In this document: one piece after another, positions 13,701-25,486 of the stretch
Layout: every line of letters starts with the position of its first letter
How positions within the stretch are numbered: the first letter of the stretch is position 1
DNA from: Anaeramoeba ignava BMAN
Taxonomy: Eukaryota > Protista > Anaeramoebae
DNA length: 64,000 nucleotides
Assembly: GCA_028826165.1 (NCBI GenBank)
Contig: JAPDFW010000026.1
Location: 5,761 to 69,760, forward strand
Direction: 5' to 3'
Program-made: the position numbers and the translations under genes
Notes under the pieces: model-generated
Told to the model about the DNA's origin: nothing
The model's input: only the letters and a program-made list of their open reading frames with translations
The model's database searches: none

Positions 13701-16700
13701 TGATTTACGTTCGTTTCCAATTGTTGCGCTTGAGCTTCTGCGATGTGCTTTGATTGTGTTATCAGTTTTCAATTTGCGTGTACAAATCATGGATGATTTG
13801 AACAATGCTTTGGTTTTCAAAATTCTTTGAATTATGTTGATTAATTCAGGATCTTCGAAATTACTGAATGGAAATGTATCATCGTTAAAATTTTTGGAAA
13901 TTTTTGGGATTTGTTTTTTGGAATTTTTCTTCAAATTTAAGCTTTTTGTTAAATTATTTGTTTCTTTGGAATTTGAATTTGAATTTGAATTTGAATTTAG
14001 ATTTGAATTTAGATTTAGATTTTGCTCCTCGTTTTTTTGTTCAGATAAATTGAAAAATTTTTTCTGTTTGTAATAAATCTCGAGAAATGTTCCTTTCATA
14101 GAAAGTTCAAACAAGATGAGAAAAATTTCAGAATCGATTGGAACTTTTGATTTTCGGATGATTTCATAGATGCGGAAATAACCAACGTTATTTTTAATGT
14201 ACATTTTGTTATGGAGACAATCTTCAATCATGGATCCCAAAGTAAGTATGCATTCTCTTGAGAGTTGGATATCATTTGGGTTGATTGATTCAAGAAGAAC
14301 AAGAAGACCTCCTGATTCTCTGAATCTTGTTTTTGTGATTGAGTTGTCTTGATGGCGACTTCGTGGGTTTCGTAGTGAAGCTCTTAAAGATTCGAGAATG
14401 GTAATTTTAGTTGGTTGAGAAATTGATTTACTTTTAAATAAGTGAATGAGATATGAAAATACATCTAAATTTTGGAGATCATTTGATGCGAGTTCTTGCA
14501 TAATCCAAAGAATCAAGTGAGTTATTTTCAAATTGGCATCTTGTGTTATTGTGAGTAAACGGATGAGGATTTTCAATCCGTTTGATTTTTGGAATATTGC
14601 AATGTTTGTGTTGAGATCTTTGCATAGTAAAAGACCAGTGAGTTCAAGCAGAGATAGAGTTGTCTCGTAAATTTTTTCTAATGGTTTTTGATTTTGATTT
14701 TGATTTTGGTTTTGAATTTGAGATGAATATTCTGATAAAATCCCGCAAAAGGAAGCAATAAATTGAGTCTCTGTTTTGGATTGATAATCAACTTTTCTTG
14801 TAATATAATCCGAGAAAATGATTTGAAGTGATTCAAGAATAATTAGTTGAATTTCTATGAGTTGTAATTTGTTTTGAGATTCAATTTTGATGAATAATTC
14901 TATATATTTCGATGGAATAAATGCTGGTTTATAAGAGCTATAAAGGAAGGACATTGTGTTAATAAGATGGAATAAGGAATTGATGAATTCTGTTGAATCT
15001 TTTGCCTTTATATTTTTTTATATAAATAAATATTTTTTTTTTGTAAATAAAATTTTTTTGTTTTAGATAAATAAATTTTACAATATTATAATCCTCTGCA
15101 ATCGCTAATAATTTGTCTACACCATGAATTTCTATCAAAGGAACAACATTTAAAGGTCTAATCGCCAAAATATCATGAAAACAACGAATTGCTTCTTTTC
15201 TAACATCAAGATGCTTTGAACTTTTCATAACAAGAAAAAGAAAACGAAGTGCATTTGGATTTCCAATCTTATCTTCACTATGACCATCAATAATAATTTC
15301 ATAAATGATATCGAAGCAGTGTTTAATGAAAGTGATTCTTTCTTTGCTTTTCATTTCGGCAACTCTATCAAACATTTCAGACAGAATTTTGTATCCTTTG
15401 AGTTTTTTAAACACTAATTGTATTTGTGGATTTTGATGAAGTAATTGTCTGATTGTTTGTATAAGACTCAATCTAAGTTCAGTTTCTGCATCTTTGAGTG
15501 TATTTATCAATCTTTTAAGAGCTCCTTGAATAGAAACAAATTGTTTCATGACTTCTTCTTCTTTTGATTCTAAATTTTGGTTCTCAATTTGATTTTGATT
15601 TTGATTTTCATTTAAATTTTGATTTTCCATATTGCTTTCTAAAAATGATAATTCTTCCTCTTCAATTAATTGTGCATTTGGTGGGAATTCTAGAATTAGA
15701 TCTTCATCTGAAATTTCTTGTTCAGAATTTCCTGTTGGTAAAAGTTTTTGTAATTCAGATAGAAGATAACCTCCAAAACTGCTCATGACTCTGGAAAGTT
15801 TTTCTGTTAGACTTGGGCTTCGTATTAGTGTTGGTTCATCTTTTGAATTTGAATTTTGATTTAAATTTTGATTTAAATTTTGATTTGAATTTTGATTTGT
15901 ATTTTGATTTAAATTTTGATTTGAATTTTGATTTAAATTTTGATTTGAATTTTGATTTGTATTTTGATTTGAATTTTGATTTGTATTTTGATTTGAATTT
16001 TGATTTGAATTTTGATTTGTATTTTGATTTGAATTTTGATTTAAATTTTGATTTGAATTTTGATTTGAATTTTGATTTGTATTTTCATTTTGATTTTGTT
16101 TTGCGGATTTTTGGAGCTTTGTGTTTGTTGCAAGAAGAAATTGAGAAAGAGTTTGGAAAACTTCTTTTGTTAATTCTTTGTCTTTTTCAAGTAAATCTGA
16201 TATTTTTTTGAATCCTTGCAATCTTCCAATTTCCAAAGTGTTTTCCAAGTTTCCTCCAACACTCCCTAATATTCTAACTGCTAATTTTTTTGTTTCAGGA
16301 CTTGTTAATGTATCTAAAAGTCCTAGAATTCTTGTAAGTAATTCTGGTGTTGAACGAATTGTTTCTAAATATTTTTCATCATGAAGAATTAATTCAGCAA
16401 CACTAAGTGCTTTATTTATTAAATCTTTTGTAACTGTTGTAAGAGAATTAGATTCGATTTGGTTTGCTAATAGTTTCGCATTTCTAAAAGGAATAAATTA
16501 TTAATTTTAATTTTAAATTTTAAATTTAATTTTAATTTAAATTTTAATTTTAATTTTAATTTTAATTTTAATTTTAATTTTAATTTTAATTTTAATTTTA
16601 ATTTTAATTTTAATTTTAATTTTAATTTTAATTTTAATTTTAATTTTAAATTTATAAATGAATTTTAATTTTAAATTTAAATTTAATTTTAATTTTAATT

Positions 16701-18830
16701 TTAATTTTAATTTTAATTTTAATTTTAAATTTTTAATTTTTAATTTTTAATTTTTATTTTAAATTTAAATTTTAATTTTTAATTTTAATTTTAATTTTAA
16801 TTTTAATTTTAATTTTTAATATTAATTTTAATTTTAATTTTAATTTTAATTTTTAATATTAATTTTAATTACCGATCAACAACTAAAATGATTTCTTTTA
16901 AAATATCTGTACAATCTCCTATTAGAGAATCTAAAGATCTATCTTTGGCTTTTTTAGCCCATTCTGTATAAGATTGTTGAAATGAATCAAGAAATGCTGT
17001 TAATTTTTGTATTGCTTCTTCTAAATGTCTTTTTTTATCAAAATTTAAAATTTATTATTAAAATTATTATTAAATTTATTATTAAATTTATTATTAAAAT
17101 TATTATTAAATTTATTATTAAATTTATTATTAAAATTATTATTAAAATTATTATTAAATTTATTATTAAAATTATTATTAAATTTATTATTAAATTTATT
17201 ATTAAATTTATTATTAAAATTATTATTAAAATTATTATTAAATTTATTATTAAATTTATTATTAAATTTATTATTAAATTTATTATTAAAATTATTATTA
17301 AAATTATTATTATTAAATTTATTATTATTATTAAAAATTATTATTAAAATTATTATTAAATTTATTAATTAAAATTATTATTAAATTTATTAAATAAATT
17401 TATTATTAAAATTATTATTAAAAATTATTTATTATTAAAATTATTATTAAAATTATTATTATATTTATTATTAAATTTATTATTTATTATTAAATTTATT
17501 ATTAAATTTATTATTAAATTTATTATTAAATTTATTATTAAATTTATTATTAAATATTTTATTATTAAATTTATTATTTAAAATTTATTATTATTTATTA
17601 TTAAAATTTTATTATTAAAATTTATTATTAAAATTTATTATTATTAAATTTATTATTAAAATTATTATTAAATTTATTATTAAATTTTTATTATTAAATT
17701 TATTATTAAAAATTTTAATTATTAAGAATTTATTATTAAATTTATTATTTAAAATTATTATTAAAATTTATTATTAAATTTATTATTAAATTTATTATTA
17801 AATTTATTATTAAATTTATTATTAAAAAATTAAATTTTATTATTAAAATTATTATTAAAAATTATTATTATTAAAAAATTATTATTAAATTTATTATTAA
17901 AATTATTATTAAAATTATTATTAAAATTATTATTAAATTTATTAAAAATTTATTATTAAAATTATTATTAAAATTATTATTATTAAAATTATTATTATTA
18001 AAATTTATTATTAAAATTTATTATTATTTATTAAAATTTATTATTAAAATTATTATTATATTTATTATTAAATTTATTATTAAAATTATTATTAAAATTA
18101 TTATTAAAATTATTATTAAATTTATTATTAAATTTATTATTAAATTTATTATTAAAATTTATTATTATTAAAATTATTATTAAAATTTATTTTATTATTA
18201 AAATTATTATTAAAATTATTATTAAATTTATTATTAAAAATTATTATTAAAATTATTATTAAATTTATTATTATTATTATTAAATTTATTATTAAATTTA
18301 TTATTAAATTTATTATTAAAATTATTATTAAAATTATTAAATTTATTAATTTATTATTAAATTTATTATTAAATTGATTATTATTAAATTTATTATTAAA
18401 TTTATTATTAAATTTATTATTAAAATTATTATTAAAATTATTATTAAAATTATTATTAAAATTATTATTAAATTTATTATTTAAATTTATTATTAAATTT
18501 ATTATTAAAATTATTATTATATTTATTATTAAATTTATTATTAAAATTATTATTAAATTTATTATTAAATTTATTATTAAAATGATTGATTTGATTGTAA
18601 AAGGAAAGAAAAAAAATTTTTTTTTTAAATTTTTCTTTTTATGTTATTTTTTTTTTTAATTATTTTTTCGATCAAATTTTATTTCGAAAATCACTTTTTA
18701 ATTGATTTATTTTTCTTTCAAAAAATTGATTAATTTACCCTTGTTTAGATAATTTTAAATATTCTTCCCAAAGTTTACGAAGTTTTTTATAATTACTTCT
18801 TAAAGTTAATTTTGCTTTAATAGATTGCAT
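7713..18830 (-). CDS. Neurobeachin/LRBA-like ARM + ConA(LamG) + DUF4704-type protein, ~2980 aa, with no PH-BEACH-WD40 module
   Basis: Exons 18830-18739, 17028-16873, 16483-15082, 15005-7713 (8943 nt, in frame, all GT-AG). Motifs YFAFNG...GYTFQCWVRL...FYHLVFSH...LYING...FNGEMG (ConA-like) and SLKEIIPQIGGIKICFPLLE, as in BEACH-family N-terminal halves. Confidence 0.8.
16500..16870. repeat. (TTTTAA)n hexamer microsatellite in intron 2 of the neurobeachin-like gene
   Basis: Directly visible; intron 16484-16872. Confidence 0.9.
17045..18582. repeat. 12-mer repeat (TTATTATTAAAW)n filling the 1.7-kb intron 1 of the neurobeachin-like gene
   Basis: Directly visible; intron 17029-18738. Confidence 0.9.
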
Positions 18831-19187
18831 TTATTTTTATATTTAATTATATTTAATTATATTTCTGTATTTTTATTTATTTTAAAAAGAAATTAAAACA
18901 AAAATTAAATTTAAAAGAAAAAAAAAAGAAAAATGAAAAAAAAATTTTTTAATTTAAATTTTTTTCTTCTTTTTTCTTTTTTTCCTTTTTTTTTTGATCA
19001 TTTTCCTTTCTTTTTTTTAAAATAAAATTAATTAATAAAGATTTTATTTTTTAATTTTAAAAATTAAATTTTGAAAAAGAAAAATAAATTAATTTCAATT
19101 CACTTCTTCAATTTTTAACGAATTAAATTTTTTTCTATTTTTTTTATAAATTTGATCAAAAATAAAAATAATTCACAATTTCTTCCA

Positions 19188-19340
19188 AATTAAATTTATT
19201 AAAGATTTTTAAATTAAATTTATTAAAGATTTTTAATCAATTTTATTAAAGATTTTTAAATTAAATTTATTAAAGATTTTTAAATCAATTTTATTAAAGA
19301 TTTTTAAATTAAATTTATTAAAGATTTTTAATCAATTTTT
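19188..19340. repeat. 23-24-bp tandem repeat (core TTTATTAAAGATTTTTAA), ~6 copies
   Basis: Directly visible downstream of the 19364 gene. Confidence 0.8.
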
Positions 19341-19363
19341 CTTTTGAAAATTTTTCTTAATTT

Positions 19364-20200
19364 TTAATCAATTTTTTGCTTTTTTTCTTTTAAATCATTT
19401 TCAACTAAAAAACAAAAATGAACGTTTTCCAATTCTTGTGAAAAAGAAAAAAGATAACTAAAAATAGCACCAAGACTAATAAATTGAAGTTCAGCCATCA
19501 AAATAGAAACAGAACCAAAAGAAACACCAAGAAAAATTGAATGATCTTTAAAGGGATTAGCAGAAATTGAAATAAAAAGATAAAGTGTGGAAAAAAGTCC
19601 AATTGAATGAAAAATCAAACAAATAATTCGAATTGAAAAAACAAAAACATATTTCTTCAAAGATCCAGAAAAAATCATTGAGAAAATCACAAGAATCATA
19701 TTTACCATTGTGCCAATCCAAAAAAAATTTGCTGAAATAAAATGTAGTTTTGTTTTATATTCAAAATTTGAAGGAAGTTTTGCTGGATTTTCTTGAATAT
19801 CGACAAAATCTTTTTGCAAAGGAAAAATAGCTTGAAAAATGACTCCAAATCCTGAAATTATTCCTGAAAATAAAATCAAAATGGAAATAAAACTTGGTAA
19901 ATTTTTTGATGAGAATTTTGACTTATAAAGAATGATAAAAATCAATATGAAAAATGATCCAATAATCGGAAATGAAAATAAAGAAATATATGATTCTGGT
20001 TCTTGATTTTCTGTTAATGAAACTGCTGAAATTATTGTTGAAAAATGTCCTTGATATTTAGCCACAATTTGACAAGTAAGTGTTGTAATGAAACTAAATA
20101 AAACAAAAATTTTTAATAGAAAACTAACTGAAAAGTTTAAAAATGTTTTTTGATTTTTTTGATTTTGATTTGATTTTAGGAATTTTTTAACTTTATTCAT
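19364..20200 (-). CDS. Multi-pass membrane protein, Frag1/DRAM/Sfk1 (PGAP2-like) family
   Basis: 278-aa ORF with ~6 hydrophobic segments; IS...PE.Y after TM1 and LHFISANFF resemble the Frag1/DRAM pattern. Confidence 0.65.
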   Translation of the reverse strand: MNKVKKFLKSNQNQKNQKTFLNFSVSFLLKIFVLFSFITTLTCQIVAKYQGHFSTIISAVSLTENQEPESYISLFSFPIIGSFFILIFIILYKSKFSSKNLPSFISILILFSGIISGFGVIFQAIFPLQKDFVDIQENPAKLPSNFEYKTKLHFISANFFWIGTMVNMILVIFSMIFSGSLKKYVFVFSIRIICLIFHSIGLFSTLYLFISISANPFKDHSIFLGVSFGSVSILMAELQFISLGAIFSYLFSFSQELENVHFCFLVENDLKEKKQKID

Positions 20201-20403
20201 TTTAAAAATGAAAAGAAAAAAATGAAATGAAATGAACTGAACTTTTTTATTTTGATTTTGATTTTGATTTTGATTTTGATTTTGATTTTGATTTTGTTAT
20301 GAAAGAATCCCAAATCAAGTTAATTTAAAAAAAAAATTGAAAAAAAAAAAGAAAGAAGAAAGAAGAAAGAGAAAGAAATTTTGAAAAAGAAAATGATGAA
20401 AAA

Positions 20404-23400
20404 TTATTTGAAATTAAATTTGAAACTGAAAAAGTTTTGGTATTTCAAAATCAAAACGGAAGCGATCGCAGCAGGAACACCATAATATAAAAGTTTTGAA
20501 AGATCTTTCTTGTCTTGTTCTTGTTCTTTTTCTTCGATTTGAGAAGGAAAATCGATTCTGTCTTGTTGAAGTAAATTTTCCCATTTTTTGATTTCTTCAT
20601 TCAATGAACCGAAGCTTGATTTTTGTGTTACAATTTCTGTAGCTATTTTCTTTGATTCCTCTTCAATAGATTTTTGGTAAACACCGACATCACCAAGCCA
20701 AATATGGTCTTTATGGTAGTTTTTCAAGCTATCTTGAATTTTTTGATTTTCTTTTGTGATTAATTCATATTCGTTTTCGATTGATTTGTATTTTTCTTGT
20801 TTTCTAACCAATTTCATCTGTAATTGTTGCAAAGTTTTTTTTGTTTCTGCAATTTGCTGGTCTATTACCTTTGCATTTGGATCGAGGTTTTGGTTTTGAT
20901 TTTGATCTCTGGTTTTGGAACGCAGATCTTTAATCAATTGGGTCAATTCCTTTGTTCTTTCAATTGCGGAATTTTTTTGGGTTTCAAAAGTTTGCATCAT
21001 TTTATCGTGATTTAAACGGTAGTTTGTTGCTGATTGTTTGGATTTCTCGAGTTTTTTTTGGAGTCTTTTCACTTCTTTTGATTCGGTTTCTTTTTTTTGT
21101 TTTATTGTGTCGATTTGTTGTTGGAGGTATTTTGCGCGTTTAATTTTAGTTGCTGAGACACTTTTTGTAAGGAGTTGCATTTTTTCTTTTTTAGGTGTTT
21201 TTGGTTCTCTTATTGTTTCCTTTATTTTATAAATAATTTTATAAATTAATAAATAATTTTATAAATAATTTAATAAATAATTTAATAAATAAATTAATAA
21301 ATAAATAAATCAATAATTTAATAAATAAATCAATAATTTAATAAATAAATTAATAAATAAATTAATAAATAAATTAATAAATAAATTAATAAATAAATTA
21401 ATAAATAATTTTATAAATAATTTAATAAATAATTTAATAAATAATTTTATAAATAAATTAATAAATAAATTAATAAATAAATTAATAAATAATTTTATAA
21501 ATAATTTAATAAATAAATTAATAAATAAATTAATAAATAAATTAATAAATAATTTAATAAATAATTTAATAAATAATTTAATAAATAATTTAATAAATAA
21601 TTTAATAAATAAATTAATAAATAAATTAATAAATAAATTTAATAAATAAATTAATAAATAAATTAATAAATAAATTAATAAATAAATTAATAAATAATTT
21701 AATAAATAATTTAATAAATAAATTAATAAATAAATTAATAAATAAATTAATAAATAATTTAATAAATAATTTAATAAATAAATTAATAAATAAATTAATA
21801 AATAATTTAATAAATAATTTAATAATTAATTTAATAAATAATTTAATAAATAATTTAATAAATAATTTAATAAATAATTTAATAAATAAATTAATAAATA
21901 ATTTTATAAATAAATTAATAAATAATTTTATAAATAAATTAATAAATAATTTAATAAATAAATTAATAAATAAATTAATAAATAATTTTATAAATAATTT
22001 AATAAATAATTTAATAAATAATTTTTATAAATAATTTAATAAATAATTTAATAAATAATTTTATAAATAATTTTATAAATAATTTTATAAATAATTTTAT
22101 ATATAAATTAATAAATAAATTAATAAATAATTTAATAAATAATTTTATAAATAATTTTTATATATAAATTAATAAATAAATTAATAAATAAATTAATAAA
22201 TAATTTAATAAATAAATTAATAAATAATTTAATAAATAATTTAATAAATAAATTAATAAATAATTTAATAAATAATTTAATAAATAAATTTATAAATAAT
22301 TTAATAAATAAATTAATAAATAATTTAATAAATAAATTAATAAATAAATTAATAATAAATAAATTTAATAAATAAATTAATAAATAAATAAATTAATTAA
22401 TAAATAAATTAATAAATAATTTAATAAATAAATTAATAAATAAATTTAATAAATAATTTTATAAATAATTTAATAAATAATTTAATAAATAATTTAATAA
22501 ATAAATTAATAAATAAATTAATAAATAAATAAATTAATAAATAAATTAATAAATAAATAAATTAATAAATTAATAAATAATTTAATAAATAAATTAATAA
22601 ATAAATTAATAAATAAATAAATTAATAAATAATTTTATAAATAAATTAATAAATAAATTAATAAATAAATAAATTAATAAATAAATAAATTAATAAATTA
22701 ATAAATAATTTAATAAATAAATTAATAAATAAATTAATAAATAAATAAATTAATAAATTAATAAATAATTTAATAAATAAATTAATAAATAAATTAATAA
22801 ATAAATAAATTAATAAATAAATTAATAAATAAATTAATAAATAAATAATTTAATAAATAAATTAATAAATAAATTAATAAATAAATAAATTAATAAATAA
22901 AATAATTAATAAATAAATTAATAAATAAATTAATAAATAATTTAATAAATAAATTAATAAATAAATTAATAAATAATTTAATAAATAAATATATAAATAA
23001 ATTAATAAATAAATTAATAAATAAATCAATAATTTAATAAATTAATAAATAAATTAATAAATAAATTAATAAATAATTTAATAAATAAATTAATAAATAA
23101 ATTAATAAATAATTTTATAAATAAATTAATAAATAATTTAATAAATAAATTAATAAATAAATTAATAAATAAATTAATAAATTTATAAATAATTTAATAA
23201 ATAAATTAATAAATAATTTAATAAATAATTTAATAAATAATTTTATAAATAATTTTATAAATAATTTAATAAATAATTTTATAAATAATTTAATAAATAA
23301 TTTAATAAATAATTTAATAAATAATTTAATAAATAATTTAATAAATAATTTAATAAATAATTTAATAAATAAATTAATAAATAAATTAATAAATAAATTA

Positions 23401-25235
23401 ATAAATAAATTAATAAATAAATTAATAAATAAATTAATAAATAAATTAATAAATAAATTAATAAATAAATTAATAAATAATTTAATAAATAATTTAATAA
23501 ATAATTTAATAAATAATTTAATAAATAATTTAATAAATAATTTTATAAATAAATTAATAAATAATTTAATAAATAATTTAATAAATAAATTAATAAATAA
23601 ATTAATAAATAAATTAATAAATAAAATTAATAAATAAATTAATAAATAAATTAATAAATAAATTAATAAATAAATTAATAAATAAATTAATAAATAAATT
23701 AATAAATAAATTAATAAATAAATTAATAAATAAATTAATAAATAAATTAATAAATAAATTAATAAATAAATTAATAAATAAATTAATAAATAAATTAATA
23801 AATAATTTAATAAATAATTTAATAAATAATTTAATAAATAATTTAATAAATAATTTAATAAATAATTTAATAAATAAATTAATAAATAATTTAATAAATA
23901 ATTTAATAAATAATTTAATAAATAATTTAATAAATAATTTAATAAATAATTTAATAAATAAATCAATAAATAATTTAATAAATAAATAAATAAATAATTT
24001 AATAAATAAATTAATAATTAATTTAATAAATAATTTAATAAATAAATTAATAAATAATTTAATAAATAAATTAATAAATAAATTAATTAATAATTTAATA
24101 AATAAATTAATAAATAAATTAATAAATAATTTAATAAATAAATTAATAAATAATTTTATAAATAAATTAATAAATAAATTAATAAATAATTTTATAAATA
24201 AATTAATAAATAATTTTATAAATAAATTTAATAAATAAATTAATAAATAATTTTATAAATAATTTAATAAATAAATTAATAAATAATTTAATAAATAAAT
24301 TTAATAAATAATTTAATAAATAATTTAATAAATAAATTAATAAATAATTTAATAAATAAATTAATAAATAATTTAATAAATAAATTAATAAATAATTTTA
24401 TAAATAATTTTATAAATAAATTAATAAATAATTTAATAAATAATTTAATAAATAATTAAATAAATAAATTAATAAATAAATTAATAAATAATTTAATAAA
24501 TAAATTAATAAATAAATTAATAAATAAATTAATAAATAAATTAATAAAATAAATTAATAAATAATTTAATAAATAATTTAATAAATAAATTAATAAATAA
24601 ATTAATAAATAATTTTATAAATAAATTAATAAATAATTTTATAAATAAATTAATAAATAATTTAATAAATAATTTAATAAATAATTTAATAAATAATTTA
24701 ATAAATAAATTAATAAATAAATTAATAAATAATTTAATAAATAATTTTATAAATAATTTTATAAATAAATTAATAAATAATTTAATAAATAAATTAATAA
24801 ATAATTTAATAAATAAATAAATAAATAATTTAATAAATAAATTAATAAATAATTTATTCCCCTTTTTATTTAAGTTTTTGTTTTTTTGTTTTTGTTTTTG
24901 CTTTATTTTGTTTTTGTTTATTTGTGTAAATTTACCTGTTTTAAATTGATAATACTCTTTGAAATCTCGTTAATTTGTTTATTATCTTCTGTTAAAAACT
25001 CTTTTTTCGTATTTAATGTGGAAATTAAATTTTGGTTTCTTTCCATTAAATTTTTCATTTGTTCGTTTCTAAAATCAATTTCTGTTTCAATAAATTGAAT
25101 TTCAGAATCAACATTTAAGCGTTTTGTTTGGTGTTTCTTCTTAATTGAAAGAAAAAGACAATTCTGTTTAAGAATTAAATTATCAAGTTGAGAAATTTGA
25201 TTTTGAAGATTTTGTGTTTGTAATTGATTTGTCAT
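20404..25235 (-). CDS. Coiled-coil protein with C-terminal membrane anchor (2 exons, ~371 aa)
   Basis: Exon 1 25235-24936 (CAG|GTAAAT), intron 24935-21220, exon 2 21219-20404 in frame (ETIREPKTPKKEKMQLL...). C-terminal hydrophobic LLYYGVPAAIASVLIL followed by a short basic tail. Confidence 0.75.
21225..24856. repeat. 12-mer repeat (AATAAATAAWTT)n filling a 3.7-kb intron
   Basis: Directly visible. Confidence 0.95.
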
Positions 25236-25486
25236 TATTTAAAATAAATTTGTTTTTTGTTTTTGTTTTTTGTTTTTAAAAAGAAAGAATGAAAGAAAAA
25301 TGAAAAAAAAAATAATAAAAAAATTTTTTTTTGCTTTTTTTTTTGTTTTTATTTTTTATTTATTGTTTTGTTGTTTTGGAAAGTTAAAAAAAAGAAAAGA
25401 AAAGAAGAGAAGAAAAGAGAAGAGAAGAAGAAAGAAAAGAGAAAAGAAAAGAAAAGAAATTGGTTTTTTTTTCTCTTTTTGAAAAA

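Noticed and set aside
16982-17347. ORF of IIKF repeats
   Set aside because: Stop-free frame of an intronic 12-mer repeat, antisense to the real gene.
23115-23966. 283-aa YLLN/LFIK ORF
   Set aside because: Lies within the 3.7-kb intron repeat; a product of 12-mer periodicity.
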